A DNA stretch of 63,909 nucleotides, counting the filler, from Stramenopiles sp. TOSAG23-6 (lineage: Eukaryota), in the NCBI GenBank assembly GCA_900128565.1. It is 26 parts of 26 records of this genome, joined end to end, with 100 filler letters (N's around TTAATTAATTAA, not from the genome) between each part and the next. Parts side by side here need not be neighbours in the genome. Positions count along the whole stretch, not along the records: positions 37,043 to 39,405 come from LT638096.1; positions 39,506 to 41,868 come from LT638097.1; positions 41,969 to 44,323 come from LT638098.1; positions 44,424 to 46,778 come from LT638099.1; positions 46,879 to 49,232 come from LT638100.1; positions 49,333 to 51,681 come from LT638101.1; 20 more parts are not named here. The stretch is one strand, 5' to 3'. This document shows, piece by piece, positions 37,197 to 49,461 of this stretch. Below the pieces are notes generated by a model that searched no databases, was not told where the DNA came from, and was given only the letters and a program-made list of their open reading frames with translations. A program made the translations under genes and the position numbers. The first letter of the stretch is position 1. Each line of letters opens with the position of its first letter.

Positions 37197-37536
37197 ATAA
37201 GTCATACAAGATCCGTCAGGTCTTTGAACCAATTTTTTGTTATTTCCCTCTTCAGGACACGATGGATACCATGTATTTTGGAAAAATATTCTACAATTAA
37301 ATTCGTTAGGTACAAAATTTCGTATGAAAAATAAATTCATAGTTTAAAAAAAAAATATAAAACAAACATGGAGCTTTATCTGTTCCAGTACCTGTTTTTA
37401 TCATTGTAATATGCACTTTACCTGAATCGTATAAAAATATTTCAAAAATGTTAAATGGATTAGGATTTTAAAAAAAAAAAAAAAAAAAATTTTACAAAAA
37501 AAAAAAAAAAAATTTTTTTAAAAAAAAAAAAAAAAA

Positions 37537-37572
<36 letters not shown>

Positions 37573-38976
37573 TTTTTTTTTTTTTTTTTTGTTTTGTAAA
37601 TATGAAATGTACAAAAAAAAATTCAAAACATTTNAAAAAAAAAAAAAATTGGGGTTAGGGTTTTCGAGTGTAGGGTTAGGGTTAAAAAAAACGTACCACG
37701 ATTGTAACTCTTTTGCAGCATCAACTGTTGGTGCAAATATTAAGTTTGTTGATGCATAGGTTCCAATAGTTCTTCCCCCATACTCACTTAATTTACATCC
37801 TTTTAAAGCCACTACAGGATGGTTTTCAAATTGACTATCATCAATACTAGCTTTATTGCCCCATAGCGTAACACGAACTGAAGATTTCGAAGAATCAACA
37901 AGAATAAGGTCTCTCTTCATCAACTCTTTACCTGACTTCGTAGTCAGTGTTGAAGACGCAGTGTGACTATGTATCACACCAAGAACATCAATGGTTGAGT
38001 TTGCCTCTTTTTCTTCCAATTTATCAATTTGAATGAAATTAAAATGCATTGCTTGAATCGAATTATCATCCTCACATTGACAAATAATTGTGTTTGCAGC
38101 AAAAGTAATTTCATAATAATTTTTAATTGAGGTGTAAGACGTATTTGCGACTTTGACTTTACCTTTTGAAAATGTGTACACAGATCCTTCATGGAGTTCA
38201 TCATAAAATTTATCTACCGCGTCGTTAAAAAACGTAGCACGCACTTCGGTACCTTGATCATCAAGTAAATTCGTGGAAAATAACTTTCCCTGTCCACGAG
38301 CGTTCGTCCATTCTTTTAATTCACCTTTACATGTGACACGAGCACGAATGGTCCATCGGTTATTGTAAGGATTAAGTGCTTTAATAGGGATTTCCTTACC
38401 TGGAGGTCCTGCGCTACGGGGGAGAGAACAGGGTGTTTTCCGGGATGGAGGAGGATTTGGAGTCGCTAATTGCTTATTCGACTCATTTTTGAGTTTTGGT
38501 GTAGCAGGTACTTCTTTTTCATCATGATCTTTGAGATTATCTTCATTGTTTTCCTCGTTGTTGTTGTTGTTGACAACTGGATCAGCAGAGTTATCATTCT
38601 GGTTCTCAGATTGTTCTTCCATTTTGACCTTTTCCATTTTTTCTTCCATTTTGACCTCGACTGAGTCTTTTACAACCTCAAGTCCAGCAAGAATCAATAT
38701 TTTATTATCACCTATCACTTTCGCCTTGTATTCAGTGAGTTTTATATACGACGATTTCTTTGCTTTTTCATCCACAAGGTCACTGAGACTACCAGCTACA
38801 GCACCAACCATTTCGGTCTCCCCGTCAGAGAGTGTCAATTTAAATCGACCAGCATCCGTTTTTGTACGCTTCTTTACCTGAAGTACAAGTTCCTCAGAAC
38901 AATCAAATTCTTCTGTCTTTAAAACACGGGTTAAAGAACCCGTAGACAAACAAACGTTATTCTCCTCATCTGACAT
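37197..38976 (-). CDS. RPA1: RPA1 (duplicate contig)
   Basis: Same as 34734-36513. Confidence 0.88.
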
Positions 38977-39659
38977 TATCTTTACACACCTTTTTGAAAT
39001 TGATATCAAACGTTTACTAAGGAGAGAGACGAAAACCAAAACCTATCAATGTTATCGAGACATTCGAGAGAGAGATGAGCATTTTTTTGGTAGTCACACA
39101 TCATTCAAAAAAAGAAAAATTCACGCGCGCAAAAAATTGGAACAAACATGTTATAATTTTATTTTTTTTATTATTATTCACCTGGAGTATACACAAAAAA
39201 AACTTTACTACAAAACTACACTATATAATGGTGTATCATCCTATCACTTGAACATAACGAAATCATTATTTTTATAATCACTTTTATAATTTAGAAGCAT
39301 TACACAAGCCCAACGCAAACAATCCTTACGATTCTTAGGGTTCTTACTAGTAGGGTTAGGGCTATCCTTAAGAATATTCAATATTTGACAATTCAATATT
39401 TGTCANNNNNNNNNNNNNNNNNNNNNNNNNNNNNNNNNNNNNNNNNNNNTTAATTAATTAANNNNNNNNNNNNNNNNNNNNNNNNNNNNNNNNNNNNNNN
39501 NNNNNGAAATTGGTCAAAATCAAGAAATACAAATTTTCATATTTTCACAAAAAAAAAAAAATATATAGCCTAAAAAAAAAAAAAAAAAAAAAAAAAATTT
39601 ATTAAGGAAAAAAATTTTTTCCAAAAAAAAAAAAAAAAAAAAAAAAAAAGATTGAATAC

Positions 39660-39999
39660 ATAAGTCATACAAGATCCGTCAGGTCTTTGAACCAATTTTT
39701 TGTTATTTCCCTCTTCAGGACACGATGGATACCATGTATTTTGGAAAAATATTCTACAATTAAATTCGTTAGGTACAAAATTTCGTATGAAAAATAAATT
39801 CATAGTTTAAAAAAAAAATATAAAACAAACATGGAGCTTTATCTGTTCCAGTACCTGTTTTTATCATTGTAATATGCACTTTACCTGAATCGTATAAAAA
39901 TATTTCAAAAATGTTAAATGGATTAGGATTTTAAAAAAAAAAAAAAAAAAAATTTTACAAAAAAAAAAAAAAAAATTTTTTTAAAAAAAAAAAAAAAAA

Positions 40000-40035
<36 letters not shown>

Positions 40036-41439
40036 TTTTTTTTTTTTTTTTTTGTTTTGTAAATATGAAATGTACAAAAAAAAATTCAAAACATTTNAAA
40101 AAAAAAAAAAATTGGGGTTAGGGTTTTCGAGTGTAGGGTTAGGGTTAAAAAAAACGTACCACGATTGTAACTCTTTTGCAGCATCAACTGTTGGTGCAAA
40201 TATTAAGTTTGTTGATGCATAGGTTCCAATAGTTCTTCCCCCATACTCACTTAATTTACATCCTTTTAAAGCCACTACAGGATGGTTTTCAAATTGACTA
40301 TCATCAATACTAGCTTTATTGCCCCATAGCGTAACACGAACTGAAGATTTCGAAGAATCAACAAGAATAAGGTCTCTCTTCATCAACTCTTTACCTGACT
40401 TCGTAGTCAGTGTTGAAGACGCAGTGTGACTATGTATCACACCAAGAACATCAATGGTTGAGTTTGCCTCTTTTTCTTCCAATTTATCAATTTGAATGAA
40501 ATTAAAATGCATTGCTTGAATCGAATTATCATCCTCACATTGACAAATAATTGTGTTTGCAGCAAAAGTAATTTCATAATAATTTTTAATTGAGGTGTAA
40601 GACGTATTTGCGACTTTGACTTTACCTTTTGAAAATGTGTACACAGATCCTTCATGGAGTTCATCATAAAATTTATCTACCGCGTCGTTAAAAAACGTAG
40701 CACGCACTTCGGTACCTTGATCATCAAGTAAATTCGTGGAAAATAACTTTCCCTGTCCACGAGCGTTCGTCCATTCTTTTAATTCACCTTTACATGTGAC
40801 ACGAGCACGAATGGTCCATCGGTTATTGTAAGGATTAAGTGCTTTAATAGGGATTTCCTTACCTGGAGGTCCTGCGCTACGGGGGAGAGAACAGGGTGTT
40901 TTCCGGGATGGAGGAGGATTTGGAGTCGCTAATTGCTTATTCGACTCATTTTTGAGTTTTGGTGTAGCAGGTACTTCTTTTTCATCATGATCTTTGAGAT
41001 TATCTTCATTGTTTTCCTCGTTGTTGTTGTTGTTGACAACTGGATCAGCAGAGTTATCATTCTGGTTCTCAGATTGTTCTTCCATTTTGACCTTTTCCAT
41101 TTTTTCTTCCATTTTGACCTCGACTGAGTCTTTTACAACCTCAAGTCCAGCAAGAATCAATATTTTATTATCACCTATCACTTTCGCCTTGTATTCAGTG
41201 AGTTTTATATACGACGATTTCTTTGCTTTTTCATCCACAAGGTCACTGAGACTACCAGCTACAGCACCAACCATTTCGGTCTCCCCGTCAGAGAGTGTCA
41301 ATTTAAATCGACCAGCATCCGTTTTTGTACGCTTCTTTACCTGAAGTACAAGTTCCTCAGAACAATCAAATTCTTCTGTCTTTAAAACACGGGTTAAAGA
41401 ACCCGTAGACAAACAAACGTTATTCTCCTCATCTGACAT
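39660..41439 (-). CDS. RPA1: RPA1 (triplicate contig)
   Basis: Same as 34734-36513. Confidence 0.88.
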
Positions 41440-41968
41440 TATCTTTACACACCTTTTTGAAATTGATATCAAACGTTTACTAAGGAGAGAGACGAAAACC
41501 AAAACCTATCAATGTTATCGAGACATTCGAGAGAGAGATGAGCATTTTTTTGGTAGTCACACATCATTCAAAAAAAGAAAAATTCACGCGCGCAAAAAAT
41601 TGGAACAAACATGTTATAATTTTATTTTTTTTATTATTATTCACCTGGAGTATACACAAAAAAAACTTTACTACAAAACTACACTATATAATGGTGTATC
41701 ATCCTATCACTTGAACATAACGAAATCATTATTTTTATAATCACTTTTATAATTTAGAAGCATTACACAAGCCCAACGCAAACAATCCTTACGATTCTTA
41801 GGGTTCTTACTAGTAGGGTTAGGGCTATCCTTAAGAATATTCAATATTTGACAATTCAATATTTGTCANNNNNNNNNNNNNNNNNNNNNNNNNNNNNNNN
41901 NNNNNNNNNNNNTTAATTAATTAANNNNNNNNNNNNNNNNNNNNNNNNNNNNNNNNNNNNNNNNNNNN

Positions 41969-44323
41969 ACTCATGCGCGATATTCTCAGATATAAAAAAT
42001 ATCATTACAATAGTGAAAAGAATTCAAGCAATTGTTGTAGAAACACCACACAAACAACTTATTAAATGTCTTTGCGTCGACTTGTCGAAACAACTCCATA
42101 TTTTTACACTCTTGATGCAGCGTGGCAAGCAATAAGTACTGGAAAGTCGGCAAATATCTCTTCTTTTATTTCGTCTGTTGTTTCAATATCTCCAAATGAT
42201 CGAATTAATATGTGGCTCAATAAAAGTGGTGCGTATGATCTCGCCGCTGCGTCAAATGCTTCAGAGTCTCTATCGACTAACTCAGATTTTAGTGATTATT
42301 ACAATCATCTTCGAACTTTGAGTATCAAACAGCTACCTCTGCAACACAGCAAACGTACACAGTTACACAAAACACAAAGCGAACATAACCCTACTAATGA
42401 TGAAATTTCCACAGAGTCAAAAACAGACACTACCCCTAACCCTAATCCCCGAAAATTAGTANGAGAACAAATTGAACGAGATATCAGAAGAAGTGGTGTT
42501 ACTGGAGGTCTTGTTGAAGTTCTCCGTCGTGTATTATTCGCCTACGTAGAACGTAATCAAGAAGTTGGTTATAGTCAAGGNATGAACTTTCTTGCTGCAC
42601 AATGTCTTCATATAAAAATGTCAGAAGANCAAACATTTTGGGTTCTCTCTGGTTTGATGTACGTTTTCATAACCCTAACCCTAATTTCCCTAATTTCATT
42701 TTTTTTTTTTTATAGTACATGTTGTACCTAACAATTTTTTGTAACAAAAGAAAAATTCACAATACATTGAAAAAATCCTAGGAATTGATTTTTTTGATAA
42801 GGATTTGACTGGTGTATTGGTAGACTGCGCAGCGTGCACACANATATTACATACTAAATATGANTGTTTACTGTCAAAATTTGAGACGTCNCACATNCCN
42901 TTATCTGGGATTTTAAGTAATATGTTAATGTCTTGTCTGACAAATGTTGTACGTTTTAGTTTTTTTCAATTTTTATCTAAATTTNTTTTTCGTACGAAAT
43001 TTCGTACCTAACAAAAAAAATTAAAAAAAGAAAATATGTTTTCACAATATATGTTCCGACTGAATTATCAATTATATTTTGGGATTTTTGTTTTATTATT
43101 GATTTCAGAATTTTTTCTTTTTCAGTTGTGGTTACATTTTTTGATGCAATTTCTGGTATTATATATTCACCTCTACGTTCATCTGATATACGTGACAAAT
43201 TTTTAAGTGATGACAATTCAAAACATTCAAATTCAAAACATTCAAAACATTCAAATTCAAAACATTCAAAACATTCAAAACAGTCAAAACATTCAAAAAC
43301 AATTGAAAATAACATTGTGGATGATGATTTTGTACTTGTAGCTGAAAAACCCATAGANGATGATCATGTACTATCAACATCACCTGATATTATATTGTTT
43401 GAAATATTGAAAAAATGGCGTAATGTAAAAGTAAAAATTCACAAGTTGAACAACCCTAACCCTAATGAGAGTGAACACGTCCGACTTGATGAAATGAGCC
43501 ATTCAATTATTCTTGAGTCTCTTCATCATATTCTCTCATATAAAGATGACAAAGGAAAATTAATGTTATCTACTCATAGTATTCATCAATGTAGAGAAAA
43601 AGCTTTCATTGAAGTCAATTTATCAAAGAAAGTACACGAAATCAGTCAAAATAATTTTCAACTCTCTCANTTAGGCTATTTGGAATCTATTCGCACAACN
43701 TTACTATCTGCTCGACGTGGTATCACTTCACCAATATTGTTTACAGCATCTTCATTTTATTTACAACATCATTGTAATGTCATTGAAAGGATTAATAAGT
43801 TGTTACTATTAATTAAAGAGTTGCATCCTTTTATGAATCAACATGATACAAACACAAACAGGTTAGGTTTTTTTTGTATGTCCAATGTTGTAAATGATGT
43901 AAATGATGATGTAAATAATTCTACTGGTAGAAAAACAAAGTATGAGAATACATATAATACACCAATATGGAGTGGTGGCTGGAGTTGTTGTGAAGAAGAA
44001 AAGTTATTAAAAAATATTGCTTCAACAATATTTTCAGTGTCAACTATTTCATTTCACTCGGAACCATCAGAAATTCAAAATGTGGATCATCAAAAAAAAA
44101 ATTCTGAAAATTTTAAATTATTGGAAGACATGAAAAAAGAATTGTTACAGATATCACAATTGATTGAAAAAGTCATAACAGCTGCACCAGTGTATAGATT
44201 ATTAACAACTATTGAAGAAAAATTTACCAACACATCTGTAAACCCNAACCCTATAAAAACTAGTCGAACTGTAAACCCTAACCCTATAAAAACTAGTCGA
44301 ACTGTAAACCCTAACCCTATAAA
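41969..44323 (+). CDS. Rab-GAP TBC domain protein (exons ..42658, 42768-42948, 43053..), truncated
   Basis: QIERDIRRS, LRRVLFAY..RN.EVGYSQ.MNFLAA, FWVLSGLI|EKIL, NV|VPTELSIIFWD. Confidence 0.85.
42659..42767 (+). mobile_element. Introner-like GT-AT intron containing (CCCTAA)2
   Basis: TGAT|GTACGTTTT...TGTACCTAAC...CACAATACAT|TGAA. Confidence 0.83.
42949..43052 (+). mobile_element. Introner-like GT-AT intron
   Basis: GTT|GTACGTTTT...CGTACGAAATTTCGTACCTAAC...CACAATATAT|GTT. Confidence 0.83.
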
Positions 44324-44877
44324 NNNNNNNNNNNNNNNNNNNNNNNNNNNNNNNNNNNNNNNNNNNNTTAATTAATTAANNNNNNNNNNNNNNNNNNNNN
44401 NNNNNNNNNNNNNNNNNNNNNNNAGTTAAGTCCAGAAGAACAAAAAATGCAAGATGAAGCTAGAGCAGAAATAAAGCGCGTAATGAAAACTGTATTGAAA
44501 CAATCTGCAAAATTAGCTGCGTCTGCTGTTGTAGCTAGTACTGGTAAAGCAATAAAGAATGGTGTATCTGGACTACTTCGTAAAGTGACTTCTTTTGGGA
44601 AGAAACTTTTGAGCAAAAAATAAAGATATNNNNNNNNNNNNNNNNNNNNNNNNNNNNNNNNNNNNNNNNNNNNNNNNNNNNNNNNNNNNNNNNNNNNNNN
44701 NNNNNNNNNNNNNNNNNNCAAAGTGTGTGTCTTTCTAAATTGATGGTTTTTTTTGTGTAATATAAGAAATATCAAAAGCAACACATCTAAAAATACATAC
44801 CTATTTTGTTGCAAAGCTTGAGGTCCACATATAAAAAACTAAAAATCTGGTATAAGTCTAACTTTTTTGGCCACACG

Positions 44878-45033
44878 CTATGCCTGTTTTTCTAATCTCT
44901 CTCGGCGAAGAGCTGGGTCTCGAGCGCGTTGTGGTAACCAGTTGTACCGTAAGTCATAGAAAATGAAGCCTAAAAAGCACAGTGCAAAAGAAACACCAAA
45001 AATTGCGCCTATCAGTCCCCAACTACTATACAT
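44878..45033 (-). CDS. Small single-pass membrane protein (51 aa)
   Basis: MYSSWGLIGAIFGVSFALCFLGFIFYDLRYNWLPQRARDPALRRERLEKQA*; hand-translated, below the ORF-track cutoff. Confidence 0.5.
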   Translation of the reverse strand: MYSSWGLIGAIFGVSFALCFLGFIFYDLRYNWLPQRARDPALRRERLEKQA

Positions 45034-45353
45034 TACGCAAATGTAATGGCGCTAAAGCATGTATAATCACTTATTGTAGTCGATAATCGCTGAGATCGTT
45101 GTTATATGGTGAGTATTGTGCTGGTTGCTAGTAAAGTCTGGTATTTTACAAGAATTACCTTTTTCAATTATATCGTATATCATCCATTTTTTTTGTCATC
45201 GTCAAAATGATATTATTAAACTATTTATATACAAAACAGCATCAGCAGCTTTGTTCCACAGTCCAGTTCGTTCAGCGCGAGTCAAATTCTTTTTCGGGAC
45301 ACACATCCGAGCATATTTTTAATCAGTAGTAAATTACAGCAAATATATAGAGA

Positions 45354-45769
45354 ATGACAGAGGAGGAAAACAAAGCATTAGCTCTGGAGACAAAAAAGGG
45401 TGTAGATGATATTGATTCTGATTTTGAGACTGAATCTGAAGATGAGGACGACGAGCTTGAATACCACGGCGTTTTAGGATTGTTCTACCGTGCTAAAGAT
45501 TGGTGTGAAGACGCTATTGAGCGCGTTAATGAAAGTGAGAAGGTCACCAGGGTTAGGTCTTCAATGACTACCGCGGGTAAGGCTGGTTGGGGAGTTACTC
45601 AAAAAGGAGGGAAAGTTATTTGGGTTGTAGGTACTACTTTATTGGTGATGGTATTACCTCTTATTTTGGAAAGTGTAGATAATATTTCAGAGTATCTTTT
45701 CAATAGAAATTTGTACTTTTTTTTCTTTATTGATTTCTTTTTTTAATACTTCAACGAAATTATTTTTGA
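45354..45769 (+). CDS. TOM22: TOM22-like mitochondrial import receptor (probable intron 45675-45751)
   Basis: Acidic N-terminus, then GKVIWVVGTTLLVMVLPLILE, matching the Tom22/Tom9 transmembrane pattern. Confidence 0.7.
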
Positions 45770-46778
45770 GGTAACTGTAATCTCGATGCGCCTCGAACGG
45801 CATAAAAATGTCCACCTTCGCATACACTAAATAAAACATCATCTTTGCTATTTTTACTACCCGAGGGTCTAAATAGATCTGCACCGATCCATCGAGAAGC
45901 TCCACGCATTCCTGCAGAATGTGACAAAGTCAACTTCTTCTTTGTCGCAACTGACTTCCCCCAATTTGGTCCGCTACAATGGATTTCGTGGTCACTACCT
46001 ATAGCATATATCATCTCACTACTAGAATTATTATCACCCACCGGTGGTGACATTAGTATAGAAATTACAGAATATTTAACAGGCACCTTCCAACGATACA
46101 TTACACTCCACATACGGCAATCATACACTGAAACAGATCCTTGCTTACCAGCAACAGCGACAGCATTTCCATTTCCGCTCACAGCAAGGCTGTATATACT
46201 ATCACCACGAATGGGTTGCACTTCTTTAAAAAAGTTTTTTCTATCACGTAAATCAGTGATTTTAAGACTATCAGCAGCAGTGATGAAAAGAGAATCTTTA
46301 GAGTTTATTGAAGTTGCCCACTTCACATCACTGATTGGCATTGAGACTGGGAAATTTCTCACGATTTTTTCTCCATCAAATACAGTTGCGTTTTGCAACA
46401 TTGTGTGACACACAGCTACACGAGGAGTCGATGTAGAACTTGAGCAATTACCATCAAATGAAATGCCAGCCCAGCCTACGTCACGAGTTAATGAAGTTCT
46501 CAGCGAATAACTTTTTTTTGGGTTTTGTGTGGAAAAAATATATACAGAACCATCATCGGCTGCAGCTCCCAATAACCCTGAAGGCCGATGAAGCTCAATG
46601 CTTTGAATTTCAGCAGAATTCTTGATATTGTACAATAAGGTATTCGATAAGTTACTTCCAATACCAAACGTTTCAGCATTCGAACTTTCTGTTGACAGTC
46701 GCTGTTTCTTAGAAATGTGTGCTATGTCGGCCTGATCAGTGGTATTTAATGATACCCCAGCATTTCTTGCATGACTAG
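45760..46778 (-). CDS. WD40/beta-propeller protein, 5'-truncated
   Basis: LGAAADDGSVYIFS, IYSLAVSGNGNAVAVAGKQGSVSVYDCR. Confidence 0.75.
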
Positions 46779-46878
46779 NNNNNNNNNNNNNNNNNNNNNN
46801 NNNNNNNNNNNNNNNNNNNNNNTTAATTAATTAANNNNNNNNNNNNNNNNNNNNNNNNNNNNNNNNNNNNNNNNNNNN

Positions 46879-46931
46879 TGTACCTAACAAATTTTAGTTT
46901 TTTTTTTTTGAAATATTTTTCCAAAATACAT
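46879..46931 (+). mobile_element. Introner-like intron, 3' half (contig start)
   Basis: TGTACCTAAC...GAAATATTTTTCCAAAATACAT. Confidence 0.8.
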
Positions 46932-47293
46932 GGAGTTTATATAATTCAAGTAATGAAATATGGAAGCTTACAGATAGGCAAAGATCTTCTGTGCTGAAAG
47001 TAGATTGTGTTGGTGCTCATGTATTTTCAGAAAATCCTATTGAACTGATGCATCCAATTTCATTATTTTTAGAAGCTAATTGTGATTGTGCATAGGAAGC
47101 TTTTTTTCATTAAAACCATTTAAAAAAAAACAATTTCAATTCATATTATTATTTATTTGCCAAACTCGCGCAAACCTGCTTTTTCATGAAGTTCTAGTTC
47201 TTCTCTTCTTGTAACCGTTTCATATTTTTCATTTCTTTACAAAATCTTCACTTGCGCACTGACCAAAGAAAAAAATTGCAATTTTATATAAAA

Positions 47294-47593
47294 ATGTCCG
47301 AACCAGAGAATATTCGAAAGCTTATTGCTGAAGAAGCAAAACGCAAAGCGCAGAAAGCATATATTGATGAAATGACTAAAGTGAAGGGACTTGCACTATG
47401 GGCAAAAGAGGATACAAAACGACAATTTCGTGCTAAAATGGGCCAAGCTAATGACGTAGATGTTGAACTGGAGGCAGCACGAAGAATATTCAATCAGAAG
47501 CGCACAAAGAAATTGAAAGCATTATATAAACAAGATAAACAGAAGTGGCAAAATGCATTGGGTGAGATTGGTCTCGCATTTGTAGAAACTTGA
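47294..47593 (+). CDS. Small helical protein, CFAP141-like axonemal protein
   Basis: 99 aa ending RTKKLKALYKQDKQKWQNALGEIGLAF, the L...GLAF pattern of microtubule inner proteins. Confidence 0.6.
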   Translation: MSEPENIRKLIAEEAKRKAQKAYIDEMTKVKGLALWAKEDTKRQFRAKMGQANDVDVELEAARRIFNQKRTKKLKALYKQDKQKWQNALGEIGLAFVET

Positions 47594-47993
47594 GTTTGTA
47601 ATCTGTTTGTTTCTGTTGTGTTTCTGTAGTACAATTGAAAAATTCAACAAAAAAGAATCAAACATATAAAGTTATAAATAAACTCCTATAGAAAATATCA
47701 TTCTTTGAAAGATTTTTATTAATACCAAATCAATTCAAATATAGTAAGCATTTTTCCACACTGTCACCTTCATTTTAGGTTTGTGTTGACAATGGTGCTT
47801 AAATCAATACGCTATTTAATATTGTAAAGCATATCGTATAATTTAGGTAAGAAATGTTTCTGGAGAATATATTTTTTAATAATACTGCTCGCATTGTTGT
47901 TGCGACTTTTTATCAGCAGTAATTTCCCCACATTTCCGCCGTTTTACTTATAATAATTATATTTTGAAATATTTAAATTTCTTCGAAGCATAC

Positions 47994-48091
47994 AAATATT
48001 GTGAAAAAATATTTTTGGTCAAAAAAATCGTGAGGTACAAAATGTTACATGAAAATAAATGTAGGTAAAAAATTCAATTTTGGAAACATAC
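47994..48091 (-). mobile_element. Introner-like GT-TT intron
   Basis: CTT|GTATGTTT...TTTTGTACCTCACG...CACAATATTT|GTATGC. Confidence 0.7.
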
Positions 48092-49176
48092 AAGATTTTT
48101 CATAAATGTATTTGGTGAAGTTTTAGTACTGGATTGTTCTGGTTGCCTAGTACATCCTTGTCTGTCATATTGAATGTTTTCATATGATCTTGTATTTAAT
48201 TGCCAATCTTGGAATTCTGGCGGATGTTGTTCAACTTCTTCCTGATCGTCCTCTGTTTTCTGCAAAAGTAGAAATCTTTGTAATATTGAATACATTTTTT
48301 CCTGGCCACCATTTTGTTGTCTGTTAAGAATATCTTCGAAGACTTTTTCCGCTTCTTCTTCTGTAACTCCTTCACGTTCAGCTTTTTCCTCTGCCTCAAC
48401 AAGTTGTGTTAATGCTGTTTTTGTAGCATCTTCACCTTCACAACTCGTGATATTGCTAAACATGGAGAGTTGCCGAGGCTTTGGACGATCCAAGACTTGT
48501 GCTAGTCGCGTTTCTATGTTTTCAATCACAAACTTTGGTGATGATTCTCTCCGTTGTACAGACTTACTTTTGTTAGACTTTGCTTCACCAATAGATCTTA
48601 TTCTTGATGTTGTGCTTGGTGTAGAAATTTTGGTAAATATCCCTCCCTTCACTGGAGTGCTTGACCACTCACTATTTGATACAGTTAATGTGCTTGTACC
48701 ATACATGCCTCTTTTTTTTTCATTCTCGCAAATGCTTCCAGTGAAAGTTCTCTTTTCTGAAAAACTCTGATTCTTTCCGTAAATTTCACGTAATGGAAAG
48801 GAATCGCCTTGTTTTTTACGAAATAAACCAACTTTTTTTGTCTTTCCACGAAACGCTGATACTTTAGGCACTTTGGTGTGGCTATTTTTTAAGGAAAGTT
48901 GATTCGTTTTGTTTACTTTGTTCGTTGGCGACTTTGCTCTCTCAATGTCAAGCCATTCCTGGAATCGGTTACGTGATGCGGAATCTGGCTTCAATGAGAC
49001 TGGACGAATGACTAATCCTGGAGACACAGGATCATCGCTTAAATGTCGAATACCGAGGGACTCCCATTTTACACCAAGATCAACATCAGTGTTCCACTCA
49101 CATTTTTGTAGAGGACTAAAGCAAGAACGAGTTGACGACAAAATATCTGTTTTCACGGATATCTTAGTTTCAACGA
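48092..49176 (-). CDS. Hypothetical low-complexity protein, internal exon
   Basis: 360-aa open frame bounded by family introns; the upstream one (49177-49232) ends CCAAAATACAC. Confidence 0.65.
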
Positions 49177-49461
49177 GTGTATTTTGGAAAAATATTTCAA
49201 AAAAAAAATCGTTAGGTACAAAATTTCGTACGNNNNNNNNNNNNNNNNNNNNNNNNNNNNNNNNNNNNNNNNNNNNTTAATTAATTAANNNNNNNNNNNN
49301 NNNNNNNNNNNNNNNNNNNNNNNNNNNNNNNNAAAACAAAATGTAAAAAAACAAGCAAAACGATAATATTTTTCGTATGAAGTTTTGAACCATTACACTT
49401 AATCCCACAATCGTTAGGATCGATAAAATCTCAATCAAACAACTTAAAATCAGTAAAACCT

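Larger units (their letters stand above)
37043..41868. repeat. Two further copies of contig 34580-36942 (RPA1)
   Basis: Near-identical sequence with period 2463, separated by linkers. Confidence 0.97.

Noticed and set aside
34580-41868. Tandem triplication of RPA1 (and duplications 12379-17216, 59120-63909)
   Set aside because: Copies have identical ends and are separated by linkers; redundant contigs, not gene amplification.
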